Source of the DNA: an uncultured Candidatus Binatia bacterium
GTDB taxonomy: Bacteria; Desulfobacterota; Binatia; UBA9968; JAJDTQ01
Reading direction: 5' to 3'
Assembly: GCA_965242525.1 (NCBI GenBank)
Contig: OZ251459.1
Location: forward strand, 288,001-352,000
Length of the DNA stretch: 64,000 nucleotides
Below the pieces are notes generated by a model. That model was not told the DNA's origin, made no database searches, and was given only the letters and a program-made list of their open reading frames with translations. Of the stretch, positions 1 to 9,397 are shown piece after piece; position 1 is the stretch's first letter; each line of letters opens with the position of its first letter. The translations under genes were made by a program, and so were the position numbers.

Positions 1-873
1 GGGATGCCCGTGGAACGTGACCCTGTCCCCCGCGGTCTGCCGGCACGCCGGCTTCGCCACGTCGTGCAGGAGGCAGCCGTAGGCGAGGGTCTCCGAGGGG
101 CGGCGCAGGTGGCCCAGCAGCGTCAGCGTGTGGACGAAGACGTCCCCTTCGGGATGGTGGTCCGGCGTCTGGTCGACCCCCTTCATGGCGGCGATCTCCG
201 GCAGGACCACCTCCAGCAGGCCGGTTTCGTCCAACAGTTCGAACCCCCTGCGGGCGCCTCCTTCCGTGAGCGTCCGGGTGATCTCCGCGCCGATCCGTTC
301 CCAGGCCACGAGGGTGACGGCGGGGGCGTGGCTGCGGATGGCCGCCAGCGTCGCCTCGTCGATGGCGAAGCCCAGCCCGCAGGCCAAGCGGACGGCCCGG
401 ACCATCCGCAACCGGTCTTCCGCGAAACGCTCGTGCGGGTCGCCGACCGCCCGGACCACGCCCTTGCGCAGGTCTTCCCGGCCGTCCACCAGGTCGATGA
501 CGCGGTCGTCCACCGGGTCGTACATCATCGAGTTGATGGTGAAGTCCCGCCGCCGCACGTCCTCTTCCAGGGTGCCGTAGCGGACATGGACCGGATGGCG
601 GCCGTCCAGGTAGGGGCCGTCGAAGCGGAACGTGGTGACCGCGAAGGGCTCGCCTTCCAGCACCACGAGGACCGAGCCGAACTTCGCCCCGACGGTGATG
701 GTGTGGGGAAAGAGGCTCTGGATGGACTCGGGGGCGGCGTCGGTGGCGATGTCGTAGTCCGCGGGCTGCCGGCCCAGGAGCCGGTCGCGCACGCAACCGC
801 CCGCGAGGTACGCCTGGCGCCCCGCCTCCCGGAGGTGCCGGATGATGGAGAGGGCCTTGTCCTGTTGTGACAC
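1..873 (-). CDS. cca: CCA tRNA nucleotidyltransferase with HD domain (3' end runs off the window)
   Basis: Manual translation from GTG at 873 gives MSQQDKALSIIRHLREAGRQAYLAGGCVRDRLLG..DYDIAT..RRDFTIN..EDRLRMVRAVR..HPEGDVFVHT..LLHDVAKP, i.e. class II nucleotidyltransferase plus HD motifs. Absent from the ORF track because it has no stop in the window. Confidence 0.9.
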   Translation of the reverse strand, partial: MSQQDKALSIIRHLREAGRQAYLAGGCVRDRLLGRQPADYDIATDAAPESIQSLFPHTITVGAKFGSVLVVLEGEPFAVTTFRFDGPYLDGRHPVHVRYGTLEEDVRRRDFTINSMMYDPVDDRVIDLVDGREDLRKGVVRAVGDPHERFAEDRLRMVRAVRLACGLGFAIDEATLAAIRSHAPAVTLVAWERIGAEITRTLTEGGARRGFELLDETGLLEVVLPEIAAMKGVDQTPDHHPEGDVFVHTLTLLGHLRRPSETLAYGCLLHDVAKPACRQTAGDRVTFHGHP

Positions 874-913
874 CGAAGGGGTCCTGTGGCCGGAGGGGCG
901 CCGCCGGCGCCCC

Positions 914-2224
914 TCAGTTCCCGAGGTCGGCCTGTTCGAGGTTCCCGACCGCCACGAGTATGAGCTTATCCGGTTGCAGGTGTTTCCGGGCGGCCCGGAG
1001 GACGTCCTCCGCGGTGACGCTCCGGATCCGGTCCGGGTAGCGCCTGGCGTAGTCCGGTCCGAGCCCGAGGTACTCCACCTGCCCCAGGTAGTCGGCGACG
1101 TCGTCGTTGGTCTCCCACTGCAACGCGAAGCGTCCGGTCAGGTACGCCTTCGCGTCCCGGAGCTCCTGCCCGGTGACGCCGTCGCGCCGCATCCTCTCGA
1201 TCTCGGACCGGGCCGCCTCGGTGGCCTCCCGGGCGCTTTCGTTCCGGGTCTGCATGGCCAACTGGAAATACCCGGAGTTCTTGCCGGCGAAGAAATGGCT
1301 GTAGATGGAGTATGCGAGGCCGCGCCGGTTCCGGATGCTGTCCCCGAGCCGCGACGAGATGCTGTCGCCGCCCAGGACGTGGTTCATCACGCGGAGGGCG
1401 TAGTGGTCCCGGTCCCTTCGGAGGGGTCCTTCGTGCCCCATGACGAGGTTCGATTGGGTCAGGTTGCGGTCGATCCTGACCGCGGCCCGCCGGGGCGGAG
1501 GCAGGACCACCCCCGGGTCGGGCCGGCCGTCGCCCCTTTCCCAGCCCGCCAGGACGTCCGTGAGCTTTCGCGCCATCTCGTCGTGGGTGACGTCCCCGAC
1601 GGCCACGAGGATGCTCCGGTCGGGCCGGTAGTAGCGCCCATGGAAGTCCAGGACCGCGTCCCGGTCCAGGCCCCCGACCGAGTCCTCCGTGCCCGTCACC
1701 GGGCGCCCGTAGAAGTGGTCCGGGAAGAGGGCGGCCCGGAAGGCGTCCCGGGCCACGGCCCGGGGCCGGTCTTTCCTGGCCCGGATGGAGGCCATGAGGG
1801 ACTTCTTCACGCGCTCCACTTCCCCTGCGGGGAACGTGGCCGCGGTCAGCGCCTCGGCCATCAGGGCCAGCCCCGTGTCCAGGTCCTTCTTCAGGATGTT
1901 CAGGTTGACGGCGGCGAGCTCCCGGCCGCTGTCGGTCCAGAAGTGGGCGCCCATGCCCTCGACGAGGCCGCTTACCTGCATGGCGTCGCGCGTGGGAGTG
2001 CCCAGGGTCAGCAGTCTCGACGTGAGGTTGGCCAGGCCGTGCCGCGAGTCGGGGTCGTAGCGCGAGCCGGCCCGCGCCAGCAGGCGCACCGAGACGATGG
2101 GGAGCGCCGGCTGCTCGGAAGTGACCAGCACGAGTCCGTTGGGAAGGGTTGCGCGTTGGGCGTTCATGGCGGCGGCGGCAGGCCCCGCGAGCAGGCACAG
2201 CAGCAGCGGAAACCAGCGGGTCAC
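914..2224 (-). CDS. M16 (pitrilysin/insulinase) family peptidase, non-catalytic partner subunit, with signal peptide
   Basis: LPNGL..AGSRYD..GLANLT without HxxEH; SRL..IRNRRGLAYSI. GTG start overlaps the upstream stop (GTGA). Confidence 0.85.
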   Translation of the reverse strand: MTRWFPLLLCLLAGPAAAAMNAQRATLPNGLVLVTSEQPALPIVSVRLLARAGSRYDPDSRHGLANLTSRLLTLGTPTRDAMQVSGLVEGMGAHFWTDSGRELAAVNLNILKKDLDTGLALMAEALTAATFPAGEVERVKKSLMASIRARKDRPRAVARDAFRAALFPDHFYGRPVTGTEDSVGGLDRDAVLDFHGRYYRPDRSILVAVGDVTHDEMARKLTDVLAGWERGDGRPDPGVVLPPPRRAAVRIDRNLTQSNLVMGHEGPLRRDRDHYALRVMNHVLGGDSISSRLGDSIRNRRGLAYSIYSHFFAGKNSGYFQLAMQTRNESAREATEAARSEIERMRRDGVTGQELRDAKAYLTGRFALQWETNDDVADYLGQVEYLGLGPDYARRYPDRIRSVTAEDVLRAARKHLQPDKLILVAVGNLEQADLGN

Positions 2225-3558
2225 AACTTCTCCCTCGGCTGGGGAACGAGTATGCCCACGGTCCGCCGGTCCCGGTCCAGGTGCTCCCGGGCCGCCCGGC
2301 GGACGTCTTCCGCGGTGACCCTCCGGATCCCTTCGATGTACCGGTTCATCCGGCGCCATCCTCCGGTCAGCTCGTAGAAGCCGAGGCGCATGGCCTGTCC
2401 GGAGTTGGACTGCTGGGCGAAGAGGAAGGCCGCGGCCACCTGGTTCCTGGCCTTGTCGAGTTCCGCCTGGGTGACGCCCGCCTCCCGGACCGCGGCGACC
2501 ACCTCGTCGATGGCCGCTTCCAGCTCCGCGGCTTCCTTTCCGGGCATGGCCTGGGCGCTGATAGCGAAGGTGGTCGGATCGACCGAGAGCCGATGGTAGC
2601 CCGCGTGGGCCGAGCGGGCGATGCGCCGGTCATAGACCAGATCCCGGTAGAGCCGGGACGTGCGCCCCCTGGACAGGACCATCTCCAGCACGTCCAGGGC
2701 GTAGCTGTCTTCGTGGCCCACGTTGGGTACGTGGTACTCCATCCGCAGCAGCGGAAACTCGGCCTCCTTCTCGAGCAGCAGGCGCCGCTCGCCGCGCTGG
2801 GGCGGCTCCCGGAGGGTTACGGGAGGAGGCTCCGGGCCCCGGGGAACCTTGCCGAAGGTCTCGCGGATCCGGCCCAGGATCTCCTCGCTCTCGAAGTCCC
2901 CCGCGACCACCAGGAAGGCGTTGTTGGGCGAATAGTAGGTCCGGTAGAACCCTTCCAGGTCCTCGATGGTCATCCGGCGCACGTCGTCCGGCCAGCCGAT
3001 GATGGGGCGGCGGTACGGGTGTACGATGTAGGCCACTGCGTTGGTGGCCTCGGCCAGCGACGCCCGGGGGGAATCGTCCACGCGCAGGCGCCGTTCCTCC
3101 TGCACCACGCGCTTCTCCGGCGTGAAGTGGGCGTCCTCGAAGCGGGCGTTGACCATGCGGTCGGCTTCCAGCTCGATGGCGACGCCGATGGTCTCCCGGC
3201 TCATGGTGGCGTGATAGACGGTGGCGTCGTTGGATGTGAACGCGTTGGAGCGGCCCCCGTGCTTCATGATGGTTCGGGTGTACTCTTCGGGCGCTGCCTT
3301 GTCCGTGCCCTTGAACATCATGTGCTCGAGGAAGTGGGCGATGCCGGTCTTGCCCTCCACCTCGTTGCGGGACCCCACCCGGTACCAGACCTGGAACGTG
3401 ACCGACGGACTCCTGTGGTTCTCCAGCAACAGCACCTTGAGGCCGTTGTCCAGAATCTCTTCCCGCACCTCCGGCATGCCCTGGAGCGCCGACGCTCCCC
3501 CCACCCCAGGGAGCAGGGTGACCCACATCAACCCGGCGAGGCCGCGTGTCCAGTCCAT
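2221..3558 (-). CDS. M16 family zinc peptidase, catalytic subunit
   Basis: LDNGLKV..WYRVGSRNE..GIAHFLEHMMFKGT (HxxEH), NAFTS; signal-peptide-like N-terminus. Confidence 0.9.
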   Translation of the reverse strand: MDWTRGLAGLMWVTLLPGVGGASALQGMPEVREEILDNGLKVLLLENHRSPSVTFQVWYRVGSRNEVEGKTGIAHFLEHMMFKGTDKAAPEEYTRTIMKHGGRSNAFTSNDATVYHATMSRETIGVAIELEADRMVNARFEDAHFTPEKRVVQEERRLRVDDSPRASLAEATNAVAYIVHPYRRPIIGWPDDVRRMTIEDLEGFYRTYYSPNNAFLVVAGDFESEEILGRIRETFGKVPRGPEPPPVTLREPPQRGERRLLLEKEAEFPLLRMEYHVPNVGHEDSYALDVLEMVLSRGRTSRLYRDLVYDRRIARSAHAGYHRLSVDPTTFAISAQAMPGKEAAELEAAIDEVVAAVREAGVTQAELDKARNQVAAAFLFAQQSNSGQAMRLGFYELTGGWRRMNRYIEGIRRVTAEDVRRAAREHLDRDRRTVGILVPQPREKL

Positions 3559-3609
3559 GATCCTGAAAATAGCCGCCCGGGGGGTAAAGCGCAACCGGCG
3601 CCGGGGGTC

Positions 3610-4650
3610 TCAACCGCCGTTGTGTGCGCTCCACCGGCGCGGCATGAGGGAGCCGAGGCCGTGCCGCCGCATTCGTTCGATGAAGGTGGTGCGGTTCAGG
3701 TGGAGGAGGTTGGCGGCCGCGGTCCGGTTCCCGTGGGTGCGCTCCAGCGCCTGGACCATCATGTCGTGCTGGAAACGCTGGACGCAGGTGTCGATGTCGA
3801 GGCCGTCCCGCGGCAGGGTGAAGGGGTGGAGCAGGGTCTCGCGGCGGTGCGGCTTCATGCAGCCATCGAACTCGGGCAGGTCGTGGACGTGGATCTCACG
3901 GTGGTCGTTCAGGGTGATCAGGCGTTCGATCAGGTTCTCCACCTCCCTCACGTTGCCGGGCCAGTCATAGGCTTGCAGCCGCTCCATGGCGGTCCGGTGG
4001 ATGGTGCGTCGATGGCCGCGGCCGAAGCGTTTCAGGAAGTGCGCCACCAGGATGGGGATGTCCTCCCGGCGGTCCCGCAGCGGCGGCAACTCCAGGGACA
4101 GGATGGCGAGACGGTAGTACAGGTCTTCGCGGAACTGTCCCGCGGGGATCGCCGCTCGGAGGTCCCGGTTGGTGGCGGCGACGAAACGCGCATGGGTGCG
4201 CGTGGCCACGTCGCTCCCCAACGGGTTGAACTCGCGTTCCTGCAGTACCCGCAGGAGCTTCGCCTGGAGCCTGGGGCTGATCTCGCCGATCTCGTCCAGG
4301 AAGATGGTCCCTTCCCTGGCGGTCCCGAAACGCCCGGAGCGGGATTGCTGCGCGCCGGTGAACGCTCCCTTGACGTGGCCGAAGAGCTCGTTCTCCAACA
4401 GGTCGTCCGGTATGGCGCCGCAGTTCACGGCGACGAAGGGTTGCTCCGCGCGTCTGCTCCGGTCGTGGATGGTCCGGGCGATCAACTCCTTTCCCGTGCC
4501 GCTCTCTCCGGTGATGAGCACGGTGGAGTCGCTTGCGGCGATCCGGAGCGTCATCTCGAATACCTGCCGCATGGGCTTGCTCCGCCCGATCATGGAGTCG
4601 AACGTTGCGTATCCTCTTCCGTCCAGCGGGTCGTCCTTTACATGTTCCAT
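3610..4650 (-). CDS. sigma-54-dependent transcriptional activator (AAA+ and Fis-type HTH, no obvious sensory domain)
   Basis: [27 protein letters not shown] and [12 protein letters not shown]; GGAGG SD upstream of ATG 4650. Confidence 0.9.
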   Translation of the reverse strand: MEHVKDDPLDGRGYATFDSMIGRSKPMRQVFEMTLRIAASDSTVLITGESGTGKELIARTIHDRSRRAEQPFVAVNCGAIPDDLLENELFGHVKGAFTGAQQSRSGRFGTAREGTIFLDEIGEISPRLQAKLLRVLQEREFNPLGSDVATRTHARFVAATNRDLRAAIPAGQFREDLYYRLAILSLELPPLRDRREDIPILVAHFLKRFGRGHRRTIHRTAMERLQAYDWPGNVREVENLIERLITLNDHREIHVHDLPEFDGCMKPHRRETLLHPFTLPRDGLDIDTCVQRFQHDMMVQALERTHGNRTAAANLLHLNRTTFIERMRRHGLGSLMPRRWSAHNGG

Positions 4651-5034
4651 CGAGTCCCTCCTCCCGGCTTCCGTTTCCGGTATTGTCTGGATGGAGTGGA
4701 AGCAAGAGTAGGGCCATCGGTCCATGGCAATGAATTTGCTTGAAAAATTCCCGCAACGGTGGAGGCGCGCCGCGCGGAATCCGTTCCCCTGGACCGGCGT
4801 TGCCAAGGAAATGACGCGCCGGGCGGGTCCGGGGCTTGCTTTCGGCGGCCTGTTTCATTGATATTACTGACGGTTGGGAGCGTCAGGGAAATGACGTTCC
4901 ACCGTCAAGGTTTTGGCATCGTCGGGCTCGGGGAACCCCGCGGCCGTCATCAGCCGGCGTCGAAACCGCGGCTGCGTATGCAGCTTGCAGCCAATGCCCA
5001 GGGAAAGGGCAGGCCAGGGACCGGAGCCGCTTCG

Positions 5035-5931
5035 ATGAGTGATCCACGGACGGAACCCGCGGAGGACGCTGGTCTTCCGCCCGCCCCCCTCACCCTCGAG
5101 GGTTGGGCCGTACTGCACCAGATGTTCCGCATCCGGTGGGCGGAGTGGAACGCCCTCGACCCGGTGGAGCGGCGGGAGGCCGTCGAGGAAGCGGTATCCG
5201 TGCTGACGGACATGGAGCAGGGACCTGCGGGCAGGAGCGGGTTGGCGTCGCTGCTGGGCCACAAGGGCGACCTGATGCTCATCCATTTCCGGGAGTCCTT
5301 CGACCACCTGAACGACGCGGAGCTGGCCCTGGCCCGACTCAGGCTGGCGGCCTTCCTGGAGACCACCACCTCCTACCTCTCGGTGGTGGAGTTGGGGCTC
5401 TACGGCGCGTCCGCGCAGCTCTACCGTTCGCTGGAAGGGAAGGGGGTGGCGCCCGGTACGCCGGAGTGGAAGCAGCAGGTGGAGGCCTACCTGGTCCAGG
5501 CCCGGAAGGGCATGGAGGACCGGCTCCGGCCCGAGATCCCCGCCCGACGCTACGTCTGCTTCTACCCCATGGACAAGAGGCGCGGCGAGGCGAAGAACTG
5601 GTACCAGGCGCCCCTGTCCGAGCGCCGGCGGATGATGCAGGAGCACGGCTTCATCGGCCGGGGCTACGCCGGACGGGTCACCCAGATCATCTCGGGATCC
5701 ATCGGCTTCGACGACTGGGAGTGGGGCGTGGACCTGTTCGCCGACGACCCGGTGGTGTTCAAGAAACTGGTCTATGAGATGCGCTTCGACGAGGCCAGCG
5801 CCCTCTACGGCCTGTTCGGCCCCTTCTACATGGGGCTCCGGTTCCGGGCCGGGGACTTGGGGACGTTGCTCGAAGGAAGGACGCCGGAGCTCCGGGGGGA
5901 TGGCGGGAGCGGGTCCCGCCGGTCCGGCTGA
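5035..5931 (+). CDS. chdC: coproheme decarboxylase (chlorite dismutase-like superfamily)
   Basis: TLEGWAVLH..GHKGDLM..SYLSVVEL..CFYPMDKRR..NWY..MQEHG.IGR.YAG.V.QIISGSIGFDDWEWGVDLF..YEMRFDE, the YwfI/HemQ-type signature. Confidence 0.8.
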   Translation: MSDPRTEPAEDAGLPPAPLTLEGWAVLHQMFRIRWAEWNALDPVERREAVEEAVSVLTDMEQGPAGRSGLASLLGHKGDLMLIHFRESFDHLNDAELALARLRLAAFLETTTSYLSVVELGLYGASAQLYRSLEGKGVAPGTPEWKQQVEAYLVQARKGMEDRLRPEIPARRYVCFYPMDKRRGEAKNWYQAPLSERRRMMQEHGFIGRGYAGRVTQIISGSIGFDDWEWGVDLFADDPVVFKKLVYEMRFDEASALYGLFGPFYMGLRFRAGDLGTLLEGRTPELRGDGGSGSRRSG

Positions 5932-5980
5932 CCCGGAGGGCCGCGGTCCCTGCAGGCAGGGACGGAGACCCCGGGCGGGT

Positions 5981-7024
5981 TCAGAACTCGGTCCCGATCC
6001 CCCTGGCGCTGGCGAGGTCGAAGATCCGGCTGGCGATGGCGATGTCGGCCACCCCCTGTCCGGCGTTGTTCTTGAACAGGGTGACCTGTTCCCGGGAGGT
6101 GCGGCCGGGTATCCGTCCGGTGAGCAGCTCGCTCAGGTCGCCCACCTGGTCCCAGCGGAGGATGCCTTTCTCCACCGGTTCGTGGAAGTCTCCCTGCTCG
6201 TCCTGGATGGCCTGCTCCCGGGAGTTGGCGACGATGACGTGGCTGCGTTGGACGGTGGCGTCGTCGACCTCCCGGCGCCGTTGCCCGATGATGCCCGCCT
6301 TCACGAGCCCCACGTTGCCGCCGACGATGGAGGTCACGTGGACCCCCGGCTCCAGCCATGAGCCGTCGAACACCGGGACGTTGGAGTTGGTGGCGGTGAG
6401 CACCACGTCCGCGCCCCGGACCGCCTCGCGGGCGCTGTCCACCGGGACCAGCTCGCACCGCGCCTGGGGCTGCATCTCCCGGCAGAAGGCCGCCCGGGTT
6501 TCGGGGGTGCGGCAGAAGACCTTCACCCGCTCGAAGGGGCGGACGGCGGCGAAGGCCCGCAGGTGGTACTTGGCCTCCGCGCCCGCCCCGAGAAGCCCCA
6601 GCACCGCGGCGTCCTCCCGGGCGAGGTGGCGAGTGCCCACCGCGCTGGTGGCCGCGGTGCGCAACTGGGTGGCCCGGGTGGCGGGGAGGTCCGCGAGGCC
6701 GAAACGACCCGCCAGCACTCCCTTGAGGGACGCGTCCCGGGTATCGAACAGCACCACGCACGGACGGCCCATGTGGTCGTAGGTCTGGACGTCCGCGGAC
6801 GCCGCCACGAACTCCGAGTGGACCAGGACGCCGATGCCGCCGAGGCTCGGGACGCCGCCGGGATGCACGCTCACCCGCGCTCCCTCCCGGGTCATGATCC
6901 TGCGCCGGGGGGCGTTCAGGTCCGCATTGCCGCCCAGCTCCCGGAACCCGGCCTCCACCGCGTCGATGGCCTGCTCCATGGTGATGATCCCGGCCGCGTC
7001 TTCCGCTCGAATCAGCAAGGCCAC
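5981..7024 (-). CDS. ornithine cyclodeaminase / mu-crystallin family protein
   Basis: LRTAATSAVG..LGLLGAGAEA..GADVVLTATNS..PGVHVTSI..TLFKNNAGQGVAD; GTG start after a GGAAGG SD. Confidence 0.85.
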   Translation of the reverse strand: MALLIRAEDAAGIITMEQAIDAVEAGFRELGGNADLNAPRRRIMTREGARVSVHPGGVPSLGGIGVLVHSEFVAASADVQTYDHMGRPCVVLFDTRDASLKGVLAGRFGLADLPATRATQLRTAATSAVGTRHLAREDAAVLGLLGAGAEAKYHLRAFAAVRPFERVKVFCRTPETRAAFCREMQPQARCELVPVDSAREAVRGADVVLTATNSNVPVFDGSWLEPGVHVTSIVGGNVGLVKAGIIGQRRREVDDATVQRSHVIVANSREQAIQDEQGDFHEPVEKGILRWDQVGDLSELLTGRIPGRTSREQVTLFKNNAGQGVADIAIASRIFDLASARGIGTEF

Positions 7025-7071
7025 GTTTCCTTCCCGTCCTTTCAGCTTGGCGCCGCGGGGAGCGGCGGCGG

Positions 7072-8301
7072 TCAGTGGGTGGCGCCCGCCGCCAGCGGCG
7101 CGGTCCTGGGGATGGCGCGCTCGTCGATGGGCCAGTGCAGCAGCGCCGCCACTACCCCGAGGCCGACCCCGGTCCACCAGACCACGTCGTAGGATCCCGT
7201 GTAGTCGAAGAGCGCGCCGCCGAGCCAGATGCCCACGAAGCTGCCCACCTGGTGGTCCAGGAACACGATGCCGTAGAGCATGGCCATGTACCGGGTGCCG
7301 AAGACCTGGGCGATGATGCCGCTGGTGAGGGGGACGGTGCTGAGGAACAGCAGGCCCGTGAGGGCGGAAAAGACCGCCACGCTCAGCTCGGTCATGGGCA
7401 GGAGGAAGAAGCCGGCCATGACCACTGCGCGCATGAGGTAGATGAAGCTCAACAGGTTCTTCTTGCTGTACCGGTTGCCCAGTGCGCCGGCCGCCAGGCA
7501 GCCGGCCACGTTGAAGAGCCCGATGAGCATGAGCGCGGTGGCGCCGGTCCGGGGCGGCATGCCGGCGTCCACCAGCAGCGCCGGCAGGTGGGACGCGATG
7601 AACAGGGTCTGGAAGCCGCAGACGAAGAACCCGGCCGTCAGCAGCAGGTACCCCGAGTGGCGCCGGGCCTCCCCCAGGGCCTGCCACAGGGTCTGGCCGC
7701 GCTGGCCGGCGCCCGCGGCCGGCGCGTCTTCGGCCAGCGCCGCGGACAGCGGCGCCACGAGTCCGGCGATCAGGGCCAGCAGGACGAGGGCGTCCACCCA
7801 ACCGTAGGACGAGATCAGGACCTGGCCCAACGGCACCACCAGGAACTGCCCGAGGGAGCCGCCGGCGCTGCCGATGCCCAGGTAGAGGCCGCGCCGGCTC
7901 GGCGGCGCGCTGCGGCCGATGACCGCGAGGACCAGTGAGAAGCTGGTGCCGCTCATGCCCACGCCGGTGAGGAAGGCGGTGCTGAAGGTCATGCTCCAGG
8001 GGTCCCGGGACACGGACATGAGGTAGAGGCCGAGCACGTAGGCCAGGGCGCTCAGGGCCACCACCTTGGCGGACCCGTAGCGGTCCGCCAGTCCCCCCAG
8101 GACCGGCTGGGCGAGCCCCCAGACGAGGCTTTGCAGCGCCACCGCGAAGGAGAACACGCCCCGGGGCCAGCCCAGGGCGTCGCTCACCGGGGTCAGGAAC
8201 AAGCCGTAGGTCTGGCGGATGCCGAAGGCCAGCATCATCACCAGCGTGCCGCAGGTCAGGACGACGATGGGGGTGCGCCAGGATCGTTGCATGGATGGCA
8301 T
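7072..8301 (-). CDS. MFS transporter
   Basis: About 12 hydrophobic segments; GGLADRYG motif A. The start may instead be ATG 8292. Confidence 0.9.
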   Translation of the reverse strand: MPSMQRSWRTPIVVLTCGTLVMMLAFGIRQTYGLFLTPVSDALGWPRGVFSFAVALQSLVWGLAQPVLGGLADRYGSAKVVALSALAYVLGLYLMSVSRDPWSMTFSTAFLTGVGMSGTSFSLVLAVIGRSAPPSRRGLYLGIGSAGGSLGQFLVVPLGQVLISSYGWVDALVLLALIAGLVAPLSAALAEDAPAAGAGQRGQTLWQALGEARRHSGYLLLTAGFFVCGFQTLFIASHLPALLVDAGMPPRTGATALMLIGLFNVAGCLAAGALGNRYSKKNLLSFIYLMRAVVMAGFFLLPMTELSVAVFSALTGLLFLSTVPLTSGIIAQVFGTRYMAMLYGIVFLDHQVGSFVGIWLGGALFDYTGSYDVVWWTGVGLGVVAALLHWPIDERAIPRTAPLAAGATH

Positions 8302-8303
8302 GA

Positions 8304-8332
8304 GTCATAGAGGCAGGACGGCTCGGAGTCAA
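8304..8332 (-). promoter_or_regulatory. candidate sigma70 promoter for the MFS gene
   Basis: TTGACT-17bp-TATGAC on the minus strand. Confidence 0.4.
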
Positions 8333-8450
8333 GGAACCGGCCGCCGCCGGGGATGACAAGGGTCCCCGCATGGTGCATAAAGGTCCGGGAGGCCGCGGGG
8401 CGGACCCGCGGCGGACCGTTCCGGGACACGAACGGAGGGAGGGTCGGTCG

Positions 8451-9347
8451 ATGGTATTCAGGATCGGCACCGCGGACGCCGGCGGCACGTTCGACACCCA
8501 GGGCAGGGCCGTTGCCCGGGTCTTCCACGAGTCCCGCCCCGCGGGAGAGCGCTGCGAGCTCATTCGGAGCGCCGCGAGCATCGACAACGCCAACCGGCTC
8601 GACCGCGGCGAGGTCGAGTTCGGCTTCATGGCTTCCAACTGGGTGCCCCGGGCGGTGCAGGGGGCCGCGCCCTTCCACCGCCCCATGGCGTTGCGCATGG
8701 CGTCGCCGGCCAACGCGGGCCCAGTCTTCTTCGTCGCCCTGGACGAATCGCCCGTGGAGGAAGTGGCCCATCTCGCCGGCAAGCGCGTGGCGGTGGGCCC
8801 CAGGGACAGCGGCATGGTCCGGCACGTCCACGCCATTTGCGACGCCCTGGGCATGGGGTTCACGGACTTCACCGCGGTCTATCTGGGCTTCCCCGAGGGG
8901 GCCGACGCCCTGGCCGCGGGCGAGGTGGACGTCCAGTTCCAGTGTCCGATCCCCAACGCGGTGATGACCGACCTGAGCCAGCGGGCCCGGGTCAAGGTGG
9001 TCCGGTACCGGGAGGAACAGCTCCGGCAGGTGCTGTCGAAGGCGCCTTTCTACCGCCGGTGCGTCATGCGCCGGGGGGCGTTCCGGGGGCTCCGGGAAGA
9101 CGTTCCCCGGCTCGCGGTGCTCAACGTCCTGGTGACCCACGAGCGCGTGGACGAGGACCTCGTTCACACGCTGGTCTCGACGTTGCTGCGGAACACCGGG
9201 CCGCTGGCCCGGCTCAACCCCCTGTTCGAGGGCTTGGCTGACCTCTACGAGCCGCTTCGGGAGCAGGGGGCCGCGGCGTTGGAGTCGGTGGGAGCGCCGT
9301 TGCACGCCGGGGCGCTGAGGGCTTACCGGGACGCCGGCTACCTGTGA
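8451..9347 (+). CDS. TAXI-family TRAP transporter solute-binding protein
   Basis: IGTADAGGTF, SAASIDNANRL, LAGKRVAVGPRDSG and PLHAGALRAYRDAG resemble TAXI binding proteins; GGAGGGAGG SD. Confidence 0.75.
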   Translation: MVFRIGTADAGGTFDTQGRAVARVFHESRPAGERCELIRSAASIDNANRLDRGEVEFGFMASNWVPRAVQGAAPFHRPMALRMASPANAGPVFFVALDESPVEEVAHLAGKRVAVGPRDSGMVRHVHAICDALGMGFTDFTAVYLGFPEGADALAAGEVDVQFQCPIPNAVMTDLSQRARVKVVRYREEQLRQVLSKAPFYRRCVMRRGAFRGLREDVPRLAVLNVLVTHERVDEDLVHTLVSTLLRNTGPLARLNPLFEGLADLYEPLREQGAAALESVGAPLHAGALRAYRDAGYL

Positions 9348-9397
9348 GCCGGCAGGAGGGGACGGGCAGGGGGGACGCCGAGGGGCGGGGACGCCGG

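Noticed and set aside
4651-5034. sigma54 -24/-12 promoter or riboswitch between the activator and chdC
   Set aside because: TGGCA occurs but without a correctly spaced TTGC, and no aptamer is recognisable.
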